This document shows, in pieces, positions 15,855 to 28,969 of a DNA stretch of 64,000 nucleotides. Each line of letters begins with the position of its first letter. Positions within the stretch are counted from its first letter, which is position 1. This DNA is from the human T2T-CHM13v2.0 reference genome, Homo sapiens. Where the stretch lies: the NCBI RefSeq assembly GCF_009914755.1, contig NC_060931.1, one strand, 5' to 3'. A program made the translations under genes and the position numbers. The notes under the pieces were generated by a model. The model was given only the letters and a program-made list of their open reading frames with translations. It was not told the DNA's origin and ran no database searches.

Positions 15855-16030
15855 CAGCTGGCTTTAAACTTTGCTGGCCTTTCAATCACCTGGGATCTTT
15901 AATAAAGTGTCCATGCCTGGTTTTTACCCCCTAGATAGTGTGATTTAATTAATAATGAGTGCATCCTGGGCATCAAGATATGCGATACTTCTGCAGGTGA
16001 TTCTAATTTCCAAGACACTGGTGCCGTGGG
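15855..16030. mobile_element. MER5-family hAT-Charlie MITE remnant
   Basis: aatcacctgggatcttt...atgcctgg..accccctagatagtgtgatttaatt...cctgggcatc...caggtgattctaat; internally palindromic as expected. Confidence 0.6.
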
Positions 16031-16429
16031 TTATAGTGGAGGCTATGGCACCTGGGGAGCAGGACACAGCAGCAGTAGCACTGAGTCTATTAAAAAATGT
16101 GAAATGCGCCCTTGAGACTCTCAGAAACTTTTCAGGGGACTGTGGTACAAGGAGGACAAGGAATCTCAGCAGATTCAATAACCCTTGAAATACAGATTGT
16201 ACCAATATATGAAAATTCAAATTCGTAATCCAAATAGGTTACATGGTTATTCCTATCACTTCTGACTTCTTGATAACACAAACATTCAAGATAGGGTTTT
16301 TCAATGTAAGGGTTAGTCTCATATATTTACAATGGGATTAGTATTATATTAAGTGGATTTACACAGTCTCTTCAGAAAAGTATTTGTTGTACCTTTGATG
16401 AGCAATCTAGATGAACGCAAAACAAAGAA

Positions 16430-16610
16430 ACAGTGCAGAGTGAAGCAGAATATGCACTGAAATTTGAGAAAGACCGAAGAACTGAGTTACAGTCTCCGAT
16501 TTGCCTTTATCTGATTGTGTGTTTCAGAGGAGTAAGAGATTAAACTCTCTGGGCCTCTAAAATAGTCAATAGATGATACATGAGCACCCTTCTAGCACAA
16601 GGATTTGGAC
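16430..16610 (+). mobile_element. MIR remnant
   Basis: cagtgcagagtgaagcagaatatgcactga...actgagttacagtctcc..tttgcc...ttaaactctctgggcctc. Confidence 0.45.
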
Positions 16611-16926
16611 TAGTTTTGCCATTTACACTATTTCTTTATCATATGATACTTTGAGTACTTTTTGTACTTTTCACTTATCCTCCTAAAGTCCTTTTTGGGA
16701 AGAAATTGGCCATTTATATGGGAAAGCCCTGAAGCTACAGTAGTTTCTCTTTTGAATTGGTTGATCTGAAATTACAAAGTGAATGCATGACTAGCTACAG
16801 GGAATCTTTCCCTACTGTACATGTTCTCTGGGTCAAGAGAAAAAAGGAAGGAGGGAGAGAGCTGTATTGTATAACACAAAGAACTCATGCTCTACATTCA
16901 TGCATTCAAACACTTGGTCTCTTCAG

Positions 16927-17143
16927 ACATCAGTGTGTGTGTGTATATATATATATACACACACTGTTACTAAATATATATATATACACACTGATGTATA
17001 TATATGTGTGTGTGTATGTGTATATATATATACACACACACTGATGTATATATGTGTATGTGTGTATGTATATATATACACACACACACTGATGTATATA
17101 TATATGTGTGTGTGTGTATGTGTGTGTATACACTGACCATCAG
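16927..17143. repeat. Compound (TA)n/(TG)n/(CA)n minisatellite, ~48-50 bp unit
   Basis: Anchor ctgatgt recurs at 16991, 17041 and 17089, between alternating purine-pyrimidine runs. Confidence 0.9.
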
Positions 17144-18596
17144 TTTTAGGCATATTTATAAGTATGTTTTAGTACAATATTATTAAATACAAGTGTATAT
17201 TTCTAATAGCTATAATTATTTCTTAAGAGTAAACAGGAAAATAAATGCATTTTATCCTTTTTCATGTTAGAGAGTTTGAGTAATGAATCAGGTTCTTTTT
17301 GTATTTCTTATTCTTTACTTCCATTAAGTGATAAGTCTTAAGTTACAATAGGAGATCATTGGGAAAGACAGCCAAAATATGGCGGCTCTGTCAGGTAGCT
17401 CTGGAGAGTTGAATTCAAATGGACTCAACCCCCTTCAGGGCTCCTGCCTGGATGACAAGTAGGTAGGTATGTTTCAATAAATAGCTGCTAAATTAACTAG
17501 TTCAGCTGAAAGGAAAATGTCAACTGAATTCCCAATCCACTCTCTGGGTGCATTCAGCATTCAACAGGATTTCTCATGCTCTGCAATATCATTGGGTGTG
17601 ATTTTAACTTAAGCCCAATAATTTATCATTTGTCTCTTTCTTTAGTGAATGGAGAAAACAATACAGGCTTAAGGTGGGGAGGAATCAAAATTTTCAACAG
17701 TCTAGTTATTTATCCTGAAATGGACTTTATTTTCATATTCATTCCTATTAAGAAAAAAAGTCCTCATATCCCTAATATTAAAATAATATTTTATTTTATA
17801 ATTATAGATTTAGCCTCTGCAACATGCTGATTATATCACTAATCTACATCACTTGAGCAAGCCACATAAAATCATAGGCATGTTCAAACTTTCAATATTA
17901 GAAGTATTTATCAAGAAATAGTTTTATCTCATATTTCATTACTTAATTTTGAGTGGCATCTTTACCTTTGAAGTGCAGAGGAATCCCTATGGGAAATTAG
18001 GTCTGTACTGCCTATTTTTTCACTCAAAAGGCTGAAAAGACGTAGACCAAGAGAATATGCTTTGAGTATATTTAAGATAGTTACTGTTTCATCACTGGAA
18101 CATGATCCAGAAATCTCATTTCAACCACCAAGAATCATCTGAATAAAGCTCTGTGTGGATTGGTATCCAGAGCCAACATCTCCTTAGACAGCAGTGCCCT
18201 TCATTGCTACTCGCATTGTTGATTCTACATTGCTACTGATATTAAAGCCCCTGTCTCCAGCTGAATTATGGCACACAAAATACTAGTAAACTAAATGAAA
18301 CATCTCCTTTCCAGGGGTTTGTGTTTTTAGTAACAGATCAAATATTAACCAAGACTTTCTCCTTGACATAAGTCCCACATGTGTCCCAAGCACAGGGTCA
18401 AATTCTGTCCCACAAGGACTGCATAGCTTTAAACCAACATATCTGCTGGCATGATCATCTGATATGAATTGTATTCTATATTGCATGTATCACCACTATG
18501 TGGTAACAAACATCATTTAATAAGGAAATTTTTACATATTTTTTAATTAACTTATTCTGATTTCTCTTTAAATCGAACATTAATCCTTAATTTTCT

Positions 18597-19069
18597 TTCT
18601 TTTTTTCTAAAGAAAAATTTTGTTTTCTAAAGAAAAATTTTTTTTTATTATACTTTAAGTTTTAGGGTACATGTGCACAACGTGCAGGTTTGTTACATAT
18701 GTATACATGTGCCATGTTGGTGTGCTGCACCCATTAACTCCTCATTTAGTATTAGGTATATCTCCTAATGGTATCCCTCCCCCCTCCCCCCACCCCACAA
18801 CAGTCCCCAGTGTGTGATGTTCCCCTTCCCGTGTCCATGTGTTCTCATTGTTCAATTCCCACCTATGAGTGAGAACGTGTGGTGTTTGGTTTTTTGTCCT
18901 TGCGATAGTTTGCTGAGAATGATGGTTTCCAGCTTCATCCATGTCCCTACAAAGGACATGAACTCATCATTTTTTCTGGCTGCATAGTATTCCATGGTGT
19001 ATATGTGCCACATTTTCTTAATCCAGTCTATCATTGTTGGACATTTGGGTTGGTTCCAAGTCTTTGCTA
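18597..19069 (-). mobile_element. 5'-truncated L1PA3/PA4-like 3' end
   Basis: ttattatactttaagttttagggtacatgtgcacaacgtgcagg..., then the ORF2 C-terminus ([22 protein letters not shown]). 16-bp TSD taatccttaattttct at 18581-18596 / 19070-19085. Confidence 0.95.
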
Positions 19070-19964
19070 TAATCCTTAATTTTCTACCTGATTTTGCAAA
19101 TACCTTGCCATACTGTGATGTAACTCTCAGGACTGCAATTTTGAATGATATGACTGTAGGTTTAGGATCTTCTCTATCTTTGTTTTAAAAATTAATCTTT
19201 TTTCACTGGAATATATTTTTTTTTTACTAATTCAAGAAAAAAATCTTTAGGTCATTTGTGTTTTTAATTTTTATTAAAGAGACTTCATTGGTTTTATGCC
19301 AGCCTTCAAATGGCTCCCAAATCTAATAGTTCCAATGTTCAGATATTTACTGTCATGTATCTTATTTGTAACCTTAATCTTAGGTTCTTATGCAAATATT
19401 CACACGTTTATGTATGTTAATCACTACATTAACAGATTTTACTTTTTTCATGGCAGACTCTCATGCTAGATACAATTTGAGATATTCTCCTGAGTTATAT
19501 AATTCATGCAGTGCTTTTCATTGCTAATTTTATGTTTTACTGAACCATTTTTGAGACACTAATACATTTTTGTGAATTGGGGATATGGAAGCAGCATAAA
19601 AGTAAGAGCAAAATATAAAGTTCACCACATGTAAAAATTAGCATGCAAGTGACAGGACCATATTTTAGTGAAGATAAACCAGAAAAATTGAGAACGAAAG
19701 CTGTCTTTCTAAAAAAAAATGGACAACCTTTAATAATATAATGAAAAAGAATGTATCATCTCCACAGTATAATAAATTTACATTTCAAGTTTGTATAATG
19801 AATATATATAACTTTAAGTTTTTATTGTAATTACTTTTATACACATTTTAGATCATTTGAGACAAATATGGTCTGCCAAAATATTTTTTAAAATACTTCT
19901 ACATCATCTTATTTATAGAATAAGTGGATGGTTAATGTTTTAAAGGCTTCCTTAAAAATGCTGG

Positions 19965-20140
19965 ATGAATCACTTACTAGCTAATTCACTATGTGACCTT
20001 GGATAATATTTAATTTCTTGGAAATTTAGTTTCATCACCTGTAAAATAGGGACAAAAATGCGTAGGTAAATTTGTGTTACAAAAATGGTATAACATCAAG
20101 CATGAATATCAATATAACTGCATAATAAATATTAGTTTCA
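19965..20140 (+). mobile_element. MIR remnant
   Basis: cactatgtgaccttggataatatttaa..ttagtttcatcacctgtaaaataggga. Confidence 0.7.
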
Positions 20141-20667
20141 TTGTTTATCTAAATTCCTTATTGTACTGGTGTGAGTTTATAGGCTGGCCATAATAGAAAC
20201 GTGAGTTTTTGTTGTGAAATACTTTGAGAAAATAAGTTTATATGTAATTGTATGTGATTATTTTTCAAAAAAAAATCAATAAGTACTTAGAATGATTATA
20301 TCAGGAGAGAGTGCAGATAAAGTGAAGAATGGAATAAAGGTAAACATAGTAGTTTATTCCTTGCATTATTTCTACCCTAGCCTCAGTTAGAGAGAATTAT
20401 CTATTGGTTAGTGTATATTTGGAGCTGAAGGTTTGGTAAATGGCTTTCATTTTGGTGAACACTAAGTAGAAAATATAAGCCAGCTGAATGGGAAAAGTAA
20501 AGATTGTCACTGTTCACATGTTTTAAACCTTCTAAAATGACTCTCAAGAGAGATAACTTTATAATTCCTTAACTTTACTACACTTTTTCTCTATTGTTTT
20601 ACACCTATTTATATTTTTGTTCCTAAAATCTAATTCGTTTTGGTTAGAATGTTTTTGATTGATAGAG

Positions 20668-20872
20668 TGCTATGGTTTGACTATGTCATCCAACTTTTGG
20701 GTCATGAGGGCACCACCCTCATGAATGGATTAATGCCATTATCACAGGACTGGGTTTCTTATAAAAGGAGGAGATCAGCCTCGCTTTTGTCTGTCTTTCA
20801 CCCACGTTATCCCTTCTACCATGTTATGACACAGCAAGAAGGCCCCCACCAGATGGTAGCACCTTGATCTGA
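20668..20872 (+). mobile_element. MaLR MST-family LTR fragment
   Basis: tgctatggtttga..., gggtcatgagggcaccaccctcatgaatggattaatgcc, ccatgttatgacacagcaagaaggccc..accagatg..gcaccttgatct. Confidence 0.75.
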
Positions 20873-21599
20873 GTTTTATCTGCTTTAATAATGGGCAAAA
20901 GATCTGAATAGACATTTCTCAAAAAAAGATATATAACATTTTCATTTAGAAGTACTTGAATCATTCATATTTATATCTTTATTATTTAAAACATCTGGGT
21001 TAAAATTCTAAACAATCTTTATCAACATAGAATACACATCAAGAAATAAACCATACAATGAAGTACAGAGAAAACATCAATACAGAGGAGTCTTTCTTAA
21101 GTCATTTTACCTTCAATATTGCCTAATATAATTGACTGTTATATTTTGTAATTATAAGTGTATTTACATAAATATGCAGTTTTATGCATACATATGTATG
21201 TTTGAGAAAGTATGGTGTCTCTGCTATTAGAGGTCAGGAGCTCATTTTCCAACCATACTAGGGTGTTTCCCTTATTTGCTTTGTCTGAGGTAATTACCAC
21301 ATCCTAACCAATGGGAAAGAAAAAGAGAGAAGTAGAGGGAAGAGGTGTGATGTCCAACTACTACGTACATCAGACATAAAACTTACATGCCTCCTTTGTG
21401 TTTGTAACCATTCACTTAGATGCATACCCACAAAGGGCTGCAAGTAGCTTTTATTTCTGATCATCTATGCCAACAATTAAAACTTGTACTTTCTGTAAAT
21501 ATGCAAGGAGTGAGAATATTTGAAAAAAACTTGAAGCATTTGCCATAAGCAAAAATAAGGGAAAAATTAATAACTGGAAAGAAAGAATAAGCCAAAACT

Positions 21600-22450
21600 T
21601 TAATTTGTCATTGTAAAAGCAATATAAAAGTTAATAAAACTACAGTGGTAAACATTACTAGGTGTATATAAAAAATACGGCCAGAAATCTGTAGAATAAA
21701 AATGGAAAATCCTCATTTCTTTCCCTCTCCTAACACACGTAATCCCAGTCACTAAAGAAGTAAAAACTCCTGATAATTTGTTGTCTTTAAACTCCAGAGC
21801 TTTCTCTATGTATGAGCAATAGCATGGACATATGCATGTTTTCATTTACTTATAAAAATAAATGTACTAAAATTTGCTCTATTTATTTGTCTTGGAATAA
21901 TAATTATAATACTGCAGCAAACATCTCTGTACATATGCCTCTTAATACTTGTGTTAATAATTCTGCAGGATATATTCCTAAAAATGGAATCCCTAGGTTA
22001 AATGGTAAAAAGGTATGCACTACTTGATTTTGATAGATATGTCAAATGTCATCGGTAAAAGTTATACCCATAAAGTCTCTTTTTCTCCACACAGGTCAAC
22101 AATAGATATGATCAATATTATTGATATTTTGTAGGGAGTTTGAAAACAGATATCTCCTTATTTTAATTTACTTTTCCCTGATCAGTTATGAGGTTGAATG
22201 GTTTTCTGATATTTCCCAGCTATTTGTTTTTCTCCATTTGTGAAATACATTTCATATCATTTGACATTTAACTTTGTAGTTAGCATTTTTCATATTGATT
22301 TGTAATAATATTTGAATGTCATGGCTATTAAGCCTGTGCTATATGTATCATTGTTATAACTTACAAGAATTTTCTCTCAGTCTCTCATTTCTCTTAAAAA
22401 TTTATAGTATTTTGCAATGCACAGCATAATACATATGTTGTTAAATTTTA
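21600..22450 (-). mobile_element. Ancient L1 (L1ME-like) ORF2/3' remnant
   Basis: actgcagcaaacatctctgtacata, ggatatattcctaaaaatggaat..ggttaaatggt, ttttaatttacttttccctgatcagttatgaggttgaa. Confidence 0.65.
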
Positions 22451-22767
22451 TGATTTGGACTTCCATGTGGTAAAATATAATGGTAGGTCCCTAATTTTGC
22501 CCTTTTTGTATACATCCTAAACAATACAGAACAATAGTAAGAACAAATGAAACTACCCAAAAATATTCCTGGTCATCAATAGAAGATGACTATAAAGAAT
22601 TTTCTAAATAACTGTACAAAACAAAAACAAAAGAAATTAGCAAATCTCCTGAGCAATCTCCTGAACATTCATCATAAGCTTTTGCAGCTAGCAAGGGCAG
22701 TCAAAGAACAAACAAAATACTTCAGGTAAGAAAGAAAAGGGAAGTTAGTGGTGGGACTACATTTACT

Positions 22768-25045
22768 TTAAAACTGCAGGCCAATATCCCTGATGAACAT
22801 AGATGCAAAAATGCTCAACTAAATACTAGCAAACCAAATCCAACAGCATGTCGAAAGTTAATATATCACATTGAAGTGAGTTTTACTCCAGAGATGCAAG
22901 GATGGTTCAACATATGCAAATCAACAAATATAATCCACCAGATAAACGGGATTAAAAACAAAAAAATCACCTCAATAGATGCAAAAAAAGTATTAGATAA
23001 AATCCAGAATCACTTCGTGATAAAATATATCCTCACAAATTAGGCACAGAAGAAACATGCCTCAAAATAATAAAAGCCATGTATGACAACCCCACAGCCA
23101 ACATCATACTTAACAGGGAAAAGTTGACAGCATTCCCTGTATTAACTGAAACAAGAAAAGGATGCCTACTTTCACCACTCATATTTAACATAGTACTGGA
23201 AGTCCTAGCTAGATTAAGATAAAGAAATAAAAGATATCCAAATTGGAAAACAAAGTCAAATTATCTCTGTTCAGTGAATATATGATCTTATATTTAGAAA
23301 ACTTTAAATACTCCTCCAGAAAAACCCTTAAATTTGATAAATGACTTCAATAAAGTTTCAGAATACAAAATCAACATATAAAAATTAGTAGCATTTCTAT
23401 ATACCAGTAACAATGAAGCTGAGAATCAAATCAAGAACTCAATCCCATTAAAAATAGCTACAAAAATATAAAATATCTAGGAATATATTTAACCAATGAG
23501 GTGAAAGATGTCTACAAGAAGAACAACAAAACATTGATGAAATAAATCATAGATGACATAAACAAATGAAAAAATACACCATGCTCATGGATCAGAAGAA
23601 TCAATATCATTAAAATGACAATACTGCCCAAAGCAATCTATAAATTCAGTGCAATTTCTATCAAATTACCAATGTCATTCTTCACAGAATTAGAAAAAAC
23701 AATCCTTAAATTCAAATAGAACAAAAAGCCCAAATAGCAAAAGCAATCCTAAAGAAAAAGAACAAAGCTGAAGAAATCATATTAACTGACCTGAAATTAT
23801 ACTACAAGTGTATGGAAACTGAAACAGTATGGTTTCAGCATAAAAATAGACACATAGAGCAATGGAACAGAATAGAGAACCCAGAAATAAAGCCACATAC
23901 TTACAACCAACTGAATTTTAACAAAGTAGAAAAAAAAATTCACTGAGGAAAGAACACCGCATTCAATAAATAGTGCTGAGAAAATTGAAGAGCAATATGC
24001 AGAAGAATGAAACTCGTCCCACATCTCTCACTACACACAAAATTTAACCAGGATAGATTAAGAACTTAAATGCAAAACATGAAACTATGAAAATCCTAGA
24101 AGAAAATCTAGGAAGAACGCTTCTGGACATTGGTGTAGGCAAATAATTTATGACTAAGTCCTCAAAAGGAAACATGACAAAAACAAAAATAGACAAATGG
24201 GACTAAATTAAACTAAAAAGCCTCTACGCAGCAAAATAAATAATCAGTGTAGTAAATATATAACCTACAGAATGAGAGAAAATATTTTCAAACTATGCAT
24301 CTGACAAAGGACTAATATCCAGAATCTACAGGGAACTCAGGGAACTCAACAAGAAAAAAACAAAAACACCCATTATAAATTGGGGAAAGGCCACAAACAT
24401 TTTTCAAAAGAAGACATATAAGTGGCCAAACATATATATTAGAAAAAGCTCAACATCTCTAATCATCAGATAAATGAAAATTAAAACCACAATGATATAC
24501 CATCTAATACCAGTCAAAAATGGCCATTATTAAAAAGCAAAAAAAACAACAGATGCTGGTGAAGATGCGTAGAAAAGGGAACACTTATGTACTGTTGGTG
24601 GGAATGTTAATTTTAATAGCACAAGTTGTATGGAAAACTATTTTGAAGCATAAATGTACAATCTAAAAGAATATTTTTTGTTCTAAGAAACAAAAATAGA
24701 AAATGGGACAAAATGTAATAAGATTGGATGGAACTTGAAAAGAAACGGAGGAAAAAACTAAACTTTTTAGAGATGAAGACTAACAGATATTGGTGAGGAT
24801 GCATAGAAAAGGGAACACTTATATACTGTGGGTGGGAATGTAAATTATAATAGTACAAGTTCTATGGAAAAACGTATGGAGATTTCTCAAAGAACTAAAA
24901 ATAGAAACATCATTTGATTCAACAATCCCACTACTGGGTATATACCCAAAGGAAAGGATATCATTACATCAAAAAGACACCTGCACTTGTATATTTATTG
25001 CAGCATTATTCACAATAGCAAAGATGTGGGATCAACCTAAATGTT
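22768..25045 (+). mobile_element. L1 ORF2 3' half (L1MA/L1PB4-age), 3'UTR missing
   Basis: aaaactgcaggccaatatccctgatgaacatagatgcaaaa through ..cacaatagcaaagatgtgggatcaacctaaatg; many stops and frameshifts. Confidence 0.9.
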
Positions 25046-25049
25046 GATT

Positions 25050-25965
25050 CCACAAGGTGTCCAAGTGACACCATATTCAAGTAAACAGTTAATAATGTTC
25101 ATTGAGTGAAGGCAAGAAACCTACAAAAATAAAAATATAAAAGAAATATGCCTGTAAGGGAAATTTTTATTTGTAAAAGCTACAATTCACGATGAAAATG
25201 TAAGTTATATATCTATGCTTCAAATAACACAGCAGCAGTTTTTGTGAGGCAAAAACATTACAATATGCAATGAGACATACATAGAAAAATATTAATAATA
25301 GGATCCTTTAACAGGCATTCATAGTAGAAGACAGATCTAGTAAACAAAATATAAGTAATGATATATAAGAACTAAAGAACACAATTAACAAGGTTGATCT
25401 TATGAATATACATCAAACTTTATACCCCATTAGTAGAGAATACTTCTTCTTTTCAGTTTATTGAATATTCTAAATGAATGTAAGGTATACATATTGCGAA
25501 TAACAATCTTTAATCACAATGCAATGGAAGTGGAGATTATGAATAAAATAAGAAAAAATGGTCCTTCCACATGGAGTGCCCTATTAAATGACTCTTGGGT
25601 GAAAAAGAGAAATACAATTTAATAACAGTACTTTTGGGAAAATAACTATGATAATGAAAGCACTACACATCAGAATCTATGGCATACTGTTTAAGAATGA
25701 TAAGAGATGCCTTTATCAATAAAAATTAAAGAATAAAATAAACTAATTTCCCACCTCAAAAAAGTAGAGATAGAACAAAGTTAAGAAATCTCTACAAGGA
25801 TATAATAAATATAAAAACAGACAATAGAGTATAGAAACAGTAGATATAATTAATATCTGAAATGATTTTTTTTAAAAAAATAAATCACTATGTAACTTTC
25901 ATAAAAAATTGATAGCACAATACCAAAAAAAATGACAACTGAAAATTAAACATTTAAAATTTCAT
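25050..25965 (+). mobile_element. Ancient L1M ORF2 endonuclease region (left part of host element)
   Basis: Decayed EN-domain motifs (atctatgcttcaaataacacagca, aacacaattaacaaggttgatct, catcagaatctatggcatac). Continues colinearly at 32031 after the L1PB insertion. Confidence 0.75.
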
Positions 25966-28637
25966 GAGGCAAGGGAAGGTGGGAATAGGAGCCAAGACTA
26001 ACTTGCAGCTCCTGCTCAAACAGACAGAGCAGTGTGTGGAGACTAACATTGTGGTACCACAAGAACATACCAGGAAAGCTGAGATAATCTGCAGACCCTT
26101 TGAAGAAACTGGATTGCCGCTGCAGGCTCCCTGTGATACCGAGAAAACTGAGTCTGCTTGCTTTCTCAGGCAGGAGTCTGGTGGTCTGGGGCAAGTTCTC
26201 AACCCTGGTCACCAGCTGCCTGGAAGTGGACCCAGTGCTCTTGGTGGAGTATGGTGGGAGTGAGACTAGCCTTTAGGACTGCACGCTGTGTGGGAGCAGG
26301 GTGAGGCCTGTGACTGCCAGCTTTCCCTGATGTCCTTGGTGACCTGTATGACTCAGCAGAGACAACCATAATCCTCCTGGGAACATAACTTCATTGGCCT
26401 GGGAACCGCACCACCATTCCCCACAGCGGCCACAGAAAACCCCTCCCAAGGAGAGGCTGACCTCAGACCTGCCTATCCCTGCCCCCACCTGGTGGTCTTT
26501 CCCTACCCACCCTGTTGCTGAAGACAAACGACATAATATCTTGGAAGCTCTATGGCCCTGACCACTGCCTGAGAAACCTGAATACTTAACCAGGCAACCC
26601 TAGAGCAAATTTGCATCCTCCCTGTAGTACCACAGCTGATGTGCTTTTGAAAACGCCACCTCCTGATTGCAGGCCAACCAATATAAAACCAGTGCACTAA
26701 ACAAAAATGCAACCAAGGGCCCTCACAGAATACACTTCACTCCCCTGCAACCTCCACCAGAGCATATGCTGGTATTCATGGCTGAAAAACCTGAAGATGG
26801 ATCACATCACAGGACTCTTTGCAAAAACTCCCTAGTACCAGCTTGGAGCCAGGTAGCTCCACTGGGTGGCTAGACCCAGAAGAGCAAACCCAATTACTGC
26901 AGTTTGGCTCTCAGGAAGCCCCATTACTAGTGGAAACTGGAGAACACCACATCAAGGGAGCACCCCGAAGGAACCAGAAAAATAATTCTGGTAATATGAC
27001 AAAACAGGGATGGGATCTTACCCCCAAAAGATCACACCACCTCAACAGCAATGGATCCAAACCAAGATGATATCTCCGAATAACCAGAAAAAGAATTCAG
27101 AAGGTCAATTATTAAGCTAATCAAGGAGGCAACAGAGAAAGGTGAAGTCTAGCTTAAAGAAATCAAAAACAAATTCTTGAAATACACCAAAATAGAACCT
27201 CCTTAAAGCATAAATCTTAAAGAATCTATATTACAATAGCACAATATTAAAAAAAAAACCAAGGTATTTGGCAACAAACAGCATGATGAATAGAATAATA
27301 CCTCACATCTCAGTACTAATGTTGAATGTAAGTGGCCTAAATGCTCCACTTAAAAGATACAGTATGGCAGAATGGATAAGAATTCATCAACCAAGCTTCT
27401 GCTGTTTTCAGGAGACTCGCCTAACACATAAGGACTCACATAGACTTAAGCTAAAGAAGTGGAAAAAGGTATTCCATGCAAATGGACACCAAAAGTGAGC
27501 GGGAGTAGCTGTTCTTATACTAGACTAAATAAACTTTAAAGCAACAACAACGATAAAAAAAGACAAAGATGGACATTGTGTAATGATAAAAGGACTAGTC
27601 CAACAGAAAAATATCATGATCCTAAATATATATGCACCTAACACTAGAGCTCCCAAATTAATCAGCAGTTGCTACTACAGCTAAGTAATGAGATAGAAAG
27701 CAACACAATAATAGGGGGCCTTTAACACTCCACTGACTACACTAGATAGGTCATCAAGACAGAAAGTCAACAAATAAACAATGAACTTCAACTATACCCT
27801 GGAACAAATGGACTCAACAGATATTTATAGGACATTCTACCTAACAACTTCAGAATACACATTCTATTTCTCAGCACATGGAACATTATCCAAGACAGAC
27901 CATATGATAGGACACAAAACAAGTCTCAGTAAATTTAAGAAAATTGAAACTATACCACATACTCTCTCACACCACAGTGGAGTAAAATTGGAAATCAACT
28001 CCAAAAGGAACCCCCAAAACCATGCAAATATGTGGAAATTAAATAAAGAGCTCCAGAATGGTCACTGAATCAACAAGGAAATGAAGGTGGAAATTAATAA
28101 ATTCTTTGAACTAAATGATAATTGCAGCACAACCTATCAAAACCTCTGGGATACAACAAAAGCAGTGCTAAGAGGAAAGTTCATAGCATTAAATGCCTAT
28201 ATCAAAAAGTATGAAAGTGCACAAATAGACAATCTAAGGCCACACCTCACAGAACTAGAGAAACAAGAACAATCCAAACCCAAAACCAGCAGAAGAAAAT
28301 AGACAGTGAAGAGCAGAACTAAAGGAAATTGAAACAAACAACAACAACAACAAAAATACAAAAGATAAATGAAATGAATGCTGGTTCTTTGAAAAGATGA
28401 GTAAAATTGAGAAACCATTAGTGAGATTAACCAAGAAAAGAGAGAAGAGCCACATAAGCACAATTAGAAACAAAATGGGAGATATTACTACTGAGACCAC
28501 AGAAATACAAAAGATTATTCAAGGCTGTTATGAACACCTTTACACACATAAACTAGAAAACCTGGAGCAGACGAATAAATTCCTGGAAATATATGACCCT
28601 TCTAAATTAAACCAGGAAGACATAGAAACTCTGAACA

Positions 28638-28969
28638 GGCCTGGCACAGTGGCTCATGCCTGTAATCCCAGCACTTTGGAAAGTCGAGGTGGACAGATCA
28701 CCTGATGTCAGGAGTTTGAGACCAGCCTGGGCAACAAGGTGAAACCCCGTCTCTACCAAAAATACAAAAATTAGCCAGGAGTGGTGGTGCGTGCCTGTCT
28801 GTAATCCCAGCTACTCCAGAGGCTGAAGCAGGAGAACTATGATTAGGTTCATACCAAAACCTGAACCTGGGAGGTTACAGTAAGCTAAGGTCATGCCACT
28901 GTACTCCAGCCTGGGAGACAAAGTGAGACTCTGTCTCAAAAAAAAAAAAAAAAAAAAAGAGAAAAGAAA
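28638..28969 (+). mobile_element. AluS (Sx/Sz-like) inserted in L1PB ORF2
   Basis: Dimeric Alu with A tail. Imperfect TSD agaaact(ct)gaaca at 28624-28637 / 28970-28981. Confidence 0.93.

Noticed and set aside
16757-17186. Cluster of ORFs on both strands; spaced repeats superficially CRISPR-like
   Set aside because: Stop-poor microsatellite translations; the 'spacers' are dinucleotide runs, the DNA is eukaryotic and no cas genes are present.
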